DNA from: an uncultured Planctomycetaceae bacterium
GTDB lineage: Bacteria > Planctomycetota > Planctomycetia > Planctomycetales > Planctomycetaceae
Reading direction: 5' to 3'
DNA: 64,000 nt
Assembly: GCA_963815195.1 (NCBI GenBank)
Contig: CAWFGE010000023.1
Location: forward strand, 224,001 to 288,000
Positions 53,736 to 64,000 of the stretch are shown piece by piece. The notes under the pieces were generated by a model. That model had not been told where the DNA came from, did not search any database, and saw only the letters and a list, made by a program, of their open reading frames with translations. Position numbers and translations under genes: made by a program. Every line of letters begins with the position of its first letter. The first letter of the stretch is position 1.

Positions 53736-54482
53736 CTAAGTCGATCCATCTCGTTCCGGCTCTTCGCCGAACTGTTTGAGCTGCGCGGACAGGCTGCGTT
53801 CGGCGAACTCGGCGAGACCCGCGCCGGAGAGATCGATCAACCCCTGGTTGGTCGAGATCCGCAGGCCAACTTTCAACTCCTCCGCGACGCGAAACTCGAT
53901 CGTTTGACCGGCCTCTTTGAGGGCGTTTTGCAGGTTGATGCGTTCTTCGTCGGTGAGCTTGCGGGCCGACTCGACGATGACGGGGGCGATCTTTTTGCCG
54001 TTGAAGGAGGCGAGCCGGCTTCGGCCCTCTTTAAGCAACGCCTCGTCGAGATCGGAATCCGCGATGTCCTGGAGCAATCGCCCGACCGCCTGCCCGGTCG
54101 TGGCCGCGATGATGTTTGACAGCCGTTCCACGCGGGCATGTTCCAGGTAAGCCATCTGCCGTTTGAGTGCGGCCCGTTCGCGCTCGGCCGCCTCGCGCGT
54201 CTCCGCGACGATCCGCTCGGCCTCTTCTCCGGCTTCCTTCTTGGCCGTTTCCCGCTGGGCGCGGAGTTCCTCATCCAATTGATTGAGCCGCTCGGCGATT
54301 TCCGCCCGCATGCGGTCGGCGTCCGCGAGTTTTTCCGCGGCCTGTTGGTGCTCGCGAGCGATGGATTCCCGCCGCTTTTCAATGGCGCTGCGCACGGGCC
54401 GAAACAAGAGCCAGGTCAACACGCCCGCCAGGACCAGGAAGTTAGCGGCTTCGAACAGAAATGTCGTCAGCGGCGGAGACAC
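53736..54482 (-). CDS. atpF: N-ATPase b subunit with fused delta-like C-terminus
   Basis: ANFLVL...L..LLFRP, coiled coil, C-terminal EEL..GLRI; 248 aa. Confidence 0.9.
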   Translation of the reverse strand: MSPPLTTFLFEAANFLVLAGVLTWLLFRPVRSAIEKRRESIAREHQQAAEKLADADRMRAEIAERLNQLDEELRAQRETAKKEAGEEAERIVAETREAAERERAALKRQMAYLEHARVERLSNIIAATTGQAVGRLLQDIADSDLDEALLKEGRSRLASFNGKKIAPVIVESARKLTDEERINLQNALKEAGQTIEFRVAEELKVGLRISTNQGLIDLSGAGLAEFAERSLSAQLKQFGEEPERDGST

Positions 54483-54489
54483 GCGGTTC

Positions 54490-54762
54490 CTATCCTCCCG
54501 CGGGCATCAGCGGATTGGCGAACAACAGAATCAGTCCGATGACCAAACAGAAAATCGCGGTCGATTCCACCATCGCCAGGCTCACAAACAGGTTCCGCGT
54601 GATCGAGGCCGACTCGTCCGGCTGGCGGGCGATGGCGTCCATGCCCGCGGCTCCGATGCGGCTTTCCCCCATCGCGGCCCCAATCGCCCCGAGGGCCGTC
54701 GTGAGCCCGCACGTCCCAATCGAAACGGCCACCAGAATCGTCCGCGCAGTTTCCGCATCCAT
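54490..54762 (-). CDS. atpE: N-ATPase c subunit
   Basis: Glycine-rich helix with MGE, loop ARQP, ESTAIF, LLFANP. Confidence 0.95.
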   Translation of the reverse strand: MDAETARTILVAVSIGTCGLTTALGAIGAAMGESRIGAAGMDAIARQPDESASITRNLFVSLAMVESTAIFCLVIGLILLFANPLMPAGG

Positions 54763-54857
54763 CGAGCATTCCCTTGAAGTTGAGTCTATCCCGTGCTGCC
54801 ATTCAAAGCGGTTTCATTCCTGGCTCTCCGCCCTCGGCTCTTGGCTCTGCGCTGTCT

Positions 54858-55532
54858 TCACTCTTCCGCACTGCGGAGGGCGGCTCCAATATACACGGTG
54901 CTGAGCAGCGTGAAAATGTACGCTTGCAGCAATCCGATCAAAAGATCGAGGGCCATCAAGGGCATGGGGACAAGAAACCCCACGAGCGACACCAACAGCA
55001 AAACGATCAAATGCCCCGACATCATATTCCCGAACAACCGCACGGCGAGCGCCAGCGTGCGGGAGAGTTCCGAGATCAAATGCAGCGGAAACAAAATCGG
55101 ATTCGGCGAAAGGTAATGCCTAAGATAACCCCGCACGCCGCGGCTGGCGACGCCCGTCATCGGGACGGCGAAGAACACAATGATCGCGAGCGCCGAGGTC
55201 GTGGCGAGATTGGCCGTCGGCGGGGCAACGCCCGGAAGCTGCCCCGACAAATTGCACGCCGCGATGAACAGGAACAGACTTCCCGAAAACGAAGCGAGCC
55301 AAGGCTGGGGCCGGCCCACGACGTCGCGGACAAGATCATCGAGCCAGGTGACGACGATTTCCGCCACCGCCGCCAGGGAACCGCGCGGCCGGCTGTTTAA
55401 GGTCCAAAACAGAACCGCCGCTGCGATCGTCAGACTCGCGGAGACGCCCAGCGTCGTCACAATCGTCCGCGTGACGGGCACCGAGCCGAGTTCAAACACA
55501 ATCGGGTCGTCGAAGATGTGAAATTCGGTCAT
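54858..55532 (-). CDS. atpB: N-ATPase a subunit
   Basis: PPTA.L.T, ELSRTLALAVRLFGNM, LQAYIF. Confidence 0.95.
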   Translation of the reverse strand: MTEFHIFDDPIVFELGSVPVTRTIVTTLGVSASLTIAAAVLFWTLNSRPRGSLAAVAEIVVTWLDDLVRDVVGRPQPWLASFSGSLFLFIAACNLSGQLPGVAPPTANLATTSALAIIVFFAVPMTGVASRGVRGYLRHYLSPNPILFPLHLISELSRTLALAVRLFGNMMSGHLIVLLLVSLVGFLVPMPLMALDLLIGLLQAYIFTLLSTVYIGAALRSAEE

Positions 55533-55774
55533 GTCGAGCCCTTGAATGCAATCGCGGCGACGCTGACGGGAAACCCGACGGCCCACCCGATCGCGACTGG
55601 AATGATCCCTCCGAGAAAAGCCGCGATGATAAACACGGCCGCCACCGGTAAGATCCGAAGGAGCGCGCCGCCCGCCCAGCGGAACGGGGGCTGCGAGGCT
55701 TTCCACAGCACCCACGCATGGCCGATGCCCAAAGCCAGGCCGACGCCCGCACCGATCCCGAACGCCGCCGTCAT
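55529..55774 (-). CDS. AtpR/AtpI-like small membrane protein
   Basis: 81 aa hydrophobic ORF at the atpR position, overlapping both neighbours by ATGA. Confidence 0.7.
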   Translation of the reverse strand: MTAAFGIGAGVGLALGIGHAWVLWKASQPPFRWAGGALLRILPVAAVFIIAAFLGGIIPVAIGWAVGFPVSVAAIAFKGST

Positions 55775-56063
55775 GGTTTGCGGGTTCCTTGCACGAGATG
55801 CCACGCCGCCGTGCTTCCCAGGATCACGCCCAGAAACAGGAGCATCAACGTCATGCGAATCCCGGTGTCCCACCGCCGATCGAGCCAATGCCCCAACACC
55901 GCCCCGCCCACGGTCAAAAACACGATCGGCCAGCCGATGCCTCCCAGGACGGCCATCGACCGCCAGAACGCGGCGTGCCCGGGTTCCCGCGCGCGGAAGC
56001 GTTCGATCCCGCGGCGGCACGCCTGGCGAATGTCGCGCCGGGGGGCTTTGTCCGAGGGCAATT

Positions 56064-56067
<4 letters not shown>
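55771..56067 (-). CDS. AtpQ/AtpZ family protein
   Basis: LGGIGW.IV...GGA.LG.WLD. Confidence 0.85.
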
Positions 56068-59178
<3,111 letters not shown>

Positions 59179-59207
59179 GTCGTTTGGTTCAAAAAAATCG
59201 GAAAGGG

Positions 59208-59234
59208 TGTCGATTGGGAGCCGGACCGTTCGAC
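59208..59234 (+). promoter_or_regulatory. Candidate ECF42 promoter 1
   Basis: TGTCGATTGG-N8-CCGTTCGAC. Confidence 0.7.
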
Positions 59235-59287
59235 TGTTTGATGTAAGGCGAAAAACTTCCCCAAACCATCTTACCGGAGACCCAACG

Positions 59288-59503
59288 ATGAACAACACCC
59301 CGCCCTTAACCCATCAAGCGACCTTAATCGATGTGGACCGCGTGATCGAACCGCTCGCGAGCTACCTCTGTGCCACCGAGCAGCCGGAACGAGTCCTAAA
59401 GCTCGCTTTGGATGCACTTTACAGCCGCATCGAGCAGACCAACCGCACGGCGGACGAACATCTCGCGGCGTTTCGGGAAAGCCGGCTCGCCGTCTCCGCC
59501 TGA
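59288..59503 (+). CDS. Small hypothetical protein (71 aa)
   Basis: GGAG SD; ORF directly after promoter 1. Confidence 0.6.
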   Translation: MNNTPPLTHQATLIDVDRVIEPLASYLCATEQPERVLKLALDALYSRIEQTNRTADEHLAAFRESRLAVSA

Positions 59504-59539
59504 CGCCGGCGAACAATTTCAGAAAAAATTCGCAAATCG

Positions 59540-59566
59540 TGTCTATTGGAGGGCCCGCCGTTCGAC
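59540..59566 (+). promoter_or_regulatory. Candidate ECF42 promoter 2
   Basis: TGTCTATTGG-N8-CCGTTCGAC, same spacing as promoter 1. Confidence 0.7.
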
Positions 59567-59585
59567 ATACTATCAGACGCCCAAA

Positions 59586-59672
59586 GTGGCACGTCCCTGG
59601 CGCAGCGAAGGGCGTGCCTCTATCAAAACGACCACGCCCTTCGTTCCTCAGGGCGTGCCACCCGTGCCACCC
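59586..59672. repeat. REP-like family A doublet
   Basis: GTGGCACG..CGAAGGGCGTG-spacer-CACGCCCTTCG..CGTGCCACCC. Confidence 0.85.
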
Positions 59673-59729
59673 AACGCCCAAGCTTCCGTTCTCGAGAACA
59701 CACCCATTTCGCCAACGAAAGGCCCCGCG

Positions 59730-60086
59730 ATGAAATACATGCTGTTGATTTATATGGCCGAGGATGCCATGAACGACGACGAAAGGCAATCGTGCTACGT
59801 CAATTCCACCCAACTCGCCCAGGACCTCCACGCGAACGGGCAGTACGTGTCGGCGAATCCGCTGCATCCGGTGGCGACGGCGACGAGCGTGCGGATCCGC
59901 GAAGGCAAACCGCTCGTCACCGACGGCCCCTACGCCGAGACGCGGGAGCACCTGGGCGGTTATTTTCTCGTCGATGTCCCCCATCTCGACGAAGCGATCC
60001 GCATCGCCCAGCGAATCCCCGGAGCCAAAAAAGGCACCGTGGAAATCCGCCCGGTGCTCGAAATCCCCGACCTGCCGAACAACTAA
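59730..60086 (+). CDS. YCII/DGPF-domain protein
   Basis: MKYMLLIY, TDGPYAETREHLGGY, VEIRP. Confidence 0.92.
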   Translation: MKYMLLIYMAEDAMNDDERQSCYVNSTQLAQDLHANGQYVSANPLHPVATATSVRIREGKPLVTDGPYAETREHLGGYFLVDVPHLDEAIRIAQRIPGAKKGTVEIRPVLEIPDLPNN

Positions 60087-60128
60087 GAACCGTCCTTTAA
60101 ACATTCCCAATTGCGGAGAGATTTTCCA

Positions 60129-60554
60129 ATGAAGGTCATGGTATTCGTCAAAGCCACCCAAGATTCCGAAGCCGGCGTCATGCCCAGCCAGGAACTCCTG
60201 ACGGAGATGGGCAAGTTCAACGAGGAACTCGTGAAAGCCGGGATCATGTTGGACGGCAACGGCCTCAAGCCGAGTTCCCAATCGGCCCGCGTGGGGTTTT
60301 CGGGAAAGGATCGCACCGTGATCGACGGCCCGTTCGCCGAGACGAAGGAACTCGTCGCCGGCTATTGGATGTGGCAGGTCCAATCGCTCGCCGAAGCGAT
60401 CGAATGGGTCAAGCGCTGCCCCAATCCGCACAGCGAAGACTGCGAAATCGAAATCCGCCCCGTGTTTGAGCCGGAAGATTTCGGCGAAGCCTTCACCTCC
60501 GAACTCCAAGAACAGGAACAGCGGCTGAAAGCCGAAATCAATAAGCGGAAATAG
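60129..60554 (+). CDS. YCII/DGPF-domain protein
   Basis: [20 protein letters not shown]. Confidence 0.92.
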   Translation: MKVMVFVKATQDSEAGVMPSQELLTEMGKFNEELVKAGIMLDGNGLKPSSQSARVGFSGKDRTVIDGPFAETKELVAGYWMWQVQSLAEAIEWVKRCPNPHSEDCEIEIRPVFEPEDFGEAFTSELQEQEQRLKAEINKRK

Positions 60555-60777
60555 TTTTTCTTAGACTTACTCCAACTGTAAGTGGTTGGGCGGCTGGGCG
60601 CAGGTTCCTCTATGAATAACGTTTGAAACGAACACTGGGGCTGTGGACGCGGGAGAAATAACTCCCATGGCCCCAGGTTTCGAGGCGTGTTTTTCGCTTG
60701 ATCCATTCCATTGCGCCCAGGCACCCTCCCGGAAATAGTTTTCCTCGCAAATCACCTCATTCCAGGAGCGAGTTCGC

Positions 60778-61266
60778 ATGCGACCGATCACACCCTGTCT
60801 GTGGTTCGACGACCAGGCCGAAGAGGCGGCGAATTTCTATTTATCGATCTTTCCCGACTCGAAGATCGTCGGCATTTCGCGCTACAGCGAAGCCGGGAAG
60901 GAAATTCACGGCAAGCCGGCGGGCAGCGTGATGACGGTGTCGTTCGAATTGGACGGCCAGAAATTCACGGCCCTCAACGGCGGCCCGATGTTCCAGTTCA
61001 ACGAAGCCGTTTCCTTCCAGGTCCACTGCGAAACGCAGGACGAAGTGGACCACTACTGGGACAAACTCTCCGAAGGCGGCGACCCCAAGACCCAGCAATG
61101 CGGCTGGCTCAAAGACAAGTTCGGCGTCTCCTGGCAAATCGTCCCGAAGATTCTCGAAGAATTGATGCAGGGCAAAGACCCGGCCAAACCGCAGCGCGTG
61201 ATGCAGGCGCTTCTCCAAATGAAAAAACTCGACATCGATGCCTTGAAACAAGCCGCGGAATCCTGA
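60778..61266 (+). CDS. VOC/PhnB-like (3-demethylubiquinone-9 methyltransferase family) protein
   Basis: ITPCLWF..QAEEA, ALNGGP, CGWLKDKFGVSWQ. Confidence 0.92.
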   Translation: MRPITPCLWFDDQAEEAANFYLSIFPDSKIVGISRYSEAGKEIHGKPAGSVMTVSFELDGQKFTALNGGPMFQFNEAVSFQVHCETQDEVDHYWDKLSEGGDPKTQQCGWLKDKFGVSWQIVPKILEELMQGKDPAKPQRVMQALLQMKKLDIDALKQAAES

Positions 61267-61318
61267 TCGCAGCGGCGATTCCTGTCATCACCATACATAT
61301 TATTGAAAGGAATGTACC

Positions 61319-62116
61319 GTGAGATTTGTATGCCTTGGTTATCTGAACGAGTTGATATGGAGCCAGATGTCCCAAAGCGAGCGGGACACGATGGTGGCCG
61401 AGTGCTTTGCCTATGACGACCTGCTCAGGGAAAACGGCCACTGGTTGGACTCGGGCGAGGCTCTCAAAAGCGCGAGCACAGCCAAGACGGTCCGCTGGGA
61501 ACATGGAAAGGTCGTCGTCACCGACGGCCCCTTTGCCGAGACCAAAGAGGTCCTGGGCGGGATCGGCTTCCTGGAAGCCCGGGACATGGACCAGGCCGTG
61601 GAACTCATGAGGAACCATCCGGGACCTCGGTACGGCCATCCGTTCGAGATCCGCCCCGCAGACGAAGAATTCAAGAAGACCATCGAGGCGCAGATCAATC
61701 GGCCACCGACCCGAAACATTTTCGTCAACCTGCCGGTTAAAGATCTCAAGCGGTCGATGGATTTTTTTGCGAAGCTCGGCTTCGGGTTCAACCCGCAATT
61801 CACGGACGAAACCGCCGCGTGCATGGTGGTGAGTCCGGACATTTACGTTATGCTATTGACCGAGAAAAAATTCGCCGCCTTCACCCCGAAAACCATCGCC
61901 GATGCCAAGAACACGTCCGAGGTTCTGGTGGCCTTGTCCTCTGAAAGCCGCGACGAAGTTGATGAGATGGTGCAGAAAGCCGTCGCGGGGGGCGGCAGCA
62001 TTTATGCCGATCCCAAAGACTATGGATTCATGTATCAACACGGCTTCCAGGATCCCGACGGCCACATCTGGGAACTGATCTACATGGACCCAAATGCCGT
62101 GCAACAAACATCGTAA
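61319..62116 (+). CDS. YCII/DGPF + VOC (glyoxalase-like) fusion protein
   Basis: [10 protein letters not shown]...FEIRP then [10 protein letters not shown]...DPDGHIWE in one frame. Confidence 0.88.
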   Translation: MRFVCLGYLNELIWSQMSQSERDTMVAECFAYDDLLRENGHWLDSGEALKSASTAKTVRWEHGKVVVTDGPFAETKEVLGGIGFLEARDMDQAVELMRNHPGPRYGHPFEIRPADEEFKKTIEAQINRPPTRNIFVNLPVKDLKRSMDFFAKLGFGFNPQFTDETAACMVVSPDIYVMLLTEKKFAAFTPKTIADAKNTSEVLVALSSESRDEVDEMVQKAVAGGGSIYADPKDYGFMYQHGFQDPDGHIWELIYMDPNAVQQTS

Positions 62117-62177
62117 AATCGTCCCCCTTAACCAATCGCATGTTCTTTACACCCAATCCACAGAAAGGATCCTGCAC

Positions 62178-63350
62178 ATGAGCGGCGTTCGCGTCCTCGT
62201 CGGCACCCGCAAGGGGGCGTTTATTCTCACTTCCGACGGCAAGCGGCAGAACTGGGAGGTCAACGGGCCGCTGTTCGGCGGATGGGAAGTCTATCACATG
62301 AACGGATCGCAAACCGATCCCAATCGAATTTACGCCTCTCAAAGCAGCGGCTGGTTCGGGCAGATTATCCAGCGTTCGGACGACGGCGGGAAAACCTGGT
62401 CGCCGCCCGGGGGCGAAAAGGTGCCCGCCCCCGCCGGTCCGCCCGCCGCGGCGAGCAACAAGTTCGTGTACGACACCAGCCCCGACACGGGCAAGCCGCT
62501 CACGACGCATCAGTGGTACGACGGCACGCCGCACCCGTGGGAATTCAAAAGGGTCTGGCATCTGGAACCGCTGCCGGAAAATCCCGACGTCGTTTACGCC
62601 GGCGTGGAAGACGCCGCGATCTTCCGCTCGGACGACGGCGGGAAGAACTGGCATGAACTCGCCGGCCTCCGCGAAGTGCACGGCTCGAAGTGGTGTCCGG
62701 GAGCGGGCGGGCTCTGCCTGCATACGATCCTTTTAGACCCCGCGGATTCGAACCGCATCTACATCGCCATCTCCGCCGCGGGCGCGTTCCGCACGGACGA
62801 CGGCGGCGAGACCTGGAAGCCGATCAACCGGGGACTCAAATCGCAGTACATCCCCGACCCCGAAGCCGAGGTCGGCCACTGCGTGCACTCGATGACGCTG
62901 CATCCTTCAAAACCCGACGTGCTCTACATGCAGAAGCACTGGGATGTGATGCGGAGCGACAACGCCGGCGACCAGTGGAACGAAGTCAGCGGCAACCTGC
63001 CGACCGATTTCGGGTTCCCCATCAAAGTCCACGCCCACGAACCCGAGACCGTTTACGTGGTGCCCATCAAGAGCGATTCCGAGCACTATCCGCCCGAAGG
63101 CAAGCTGCGGGTGTATCGCAGCCGGACGGGAGGAAACGATTGGGAACCGCTGTCCGAGGGACTGCCGCAGAAGGACTGCTTCGTCAACATCCTGCGGGAC
63201 GCGATGGCGGTGGACGGGCTCGATTCATGCGGGGTGTACGTCGGCACGACCGGCGGCCAGATTTATGCGTCCTCCGACTCGGGCGACCATTGGAACGCGA
63301 TCGTCAATCATCTGCCGCCGGTGCTGTCGGTGGAAGTCCAGACGCTGTAA
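62178..63350 (+). CDS. BNR/Asp-box beta-propeller protein
   Basis: VGTRKGAF, repeated RSDDGG.TW, LPTDFGF, GTTGG. Confidence 0.88.
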   Translation: MSGVRVLVGTRKGAFILTSDGKRQNWEVNGPLFGGWEVYHMNGSQTDPNRIYASQSSGWFGQIIQRSDDGGKTWSPPGGEKVPAPAGPPAAASNKFVYDTSPDTGKPLTTHQWYDGTPHPWEFKRVWHLEPLPENPDVVYAGVEDAAIFRSDDGGKNWHELAGLREVHGSKWCPGAGGLCLHTILLDPADSNRIYIAISAAGAFRTDDGGETWKPINRGLKSQYIPDPEAEVGHCVHSMTLHPSKPDVLYMQKHWDVMRSDNAGDQWNEVSGNLPTDFGFPIKVHAHEPETVYVVPIKSDSEHYPPEGKLRVYRSRTGGNDWEPLSEGLPQKDCFVNILRDAMAVDGLDSCGVYVGTTGGQIYASSDSGDHWNAIVNHLPPVLSVEVQTL

Positions 63351-63444
63351 CCCAACCCGCTGGCATAAAAACCTGACGACCAAGAACGGTATTTCTCGAT
63401 CACTTCGAAACCGCGGCTCGGGCTCTTCGCAGAGATCCCGATCT

Positions 63445-64000
63445 CTACCGGCTCAACAAAATGGCGATCAGTTCGCGGAGGGCCTGGTCGCGGGCGCGGT
63501 CGCCGGTGAGGGCGATGTGGCTGGGGGCGTCGGGGCGGTTGTACTCCTCCGCGTTGAGCCGATCGAGCACCTTTTGATAGGCCCGGCGTTCGGCGGGCCA
63601 GTCGCCGCTGGAATGCCCCGGCGGGCTTCGCGGAGTTCCCTCTGCCAGGCGGTCGGTTCTTCGCCGGGCGCGCCGTAGAACTGGGTGATTTCCTGCCGAG
63701 CCCGCCCGCGTTCGCTTTCCGTGGTTCGTCCGCTGTCCGCCGGCACCAACAAGAGCACGACCGTCAACAACAGGCTCACGCCCACCGCCACGTACGCCCA
63801 GGGAAAGGACGGCTCGGCGGCGGATTTGTCCCGCACGACTTTTTTCGCGGGGGAATCGGACAGGCTCAACTCCGGCAAATGCCCGTCTTCCCCCAGCCGC
63901 ACGAGCGCATCGCCGCCTTGGTCGGTGATGAATCGAGCGACCTTGCGATCGGCGGGGGCGGCTTTTCCGGTTTTCCCGCGGCGCGGCTTCGCCGACGGGA
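63445..64000 (-). CDS. 3' part of single-TM hypothetical protein (starts outside window; frameshifted near 63600)
   Basis: TM segment WAYVAVGVSLLLTVVLLLV; frame resumes to ..LRELIAILLSR*. Confidence 0.55.
   Translation of the reverse strand, partial: PVGEAAPRENRKSRPRRSQGRSIHHRPRRRCARAAGGRRAFAGVEPVRFPREKSRAGQIRRRAVLSLGVRGGGREPVVDGRALVGAGGQRTNHGKRTRAGSAGNHPVLRRARRRTDRLAEGTPRSPPGHSSGDWPAERRAYQKVLDRLNAEEYNRPDAPSHIALTGDRARDQALRELIAILLSR

Overview
GC-rich bacterial DNA, almost certainly a planctomycete (DUF1549/DUF1553, DUF1501 and DUF1552 proteins, a sulfatase, several ECF sigmas). Housekeeping blocks include a carboxyltransferase, glmS, rplM-rpsI, pstSCAB, rpsR and rdgB. There is also a complete N-type ATPase operon (atpDCQRBEFAG) and an ECF42-type sigma with its YCII/VOC gene cluster and two matching promoters. 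The most unusual part is an accessory region at ~9.5-23 kb. It begins with a decayed integrase beside a tRNA(CAT), followed by an Mx162-like retron reverse transcriptase whose likely partner, a SWIM-finger/WGR-like gene, lies ~9.3 kb away. The gap holds a PKD-domain exoprotein gene that the ORF track misses because an IS1380 and an IS21 element cut it into three in-frame pieces. After it come an LRR gene and a second, diverged C-terminus + LRR cassette, which looks like a polymorphic toxin/immunity array. A candidate msr-msd-like structure lies downstream of the RT and overlaps the tRNA 5' end (speculative). Many single-base frameshifts in conserved genes suggest sequencing indels, so frameshifts alone are not treated as pseudogenisation. 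All calls come from reading the sequence; no searches were run.
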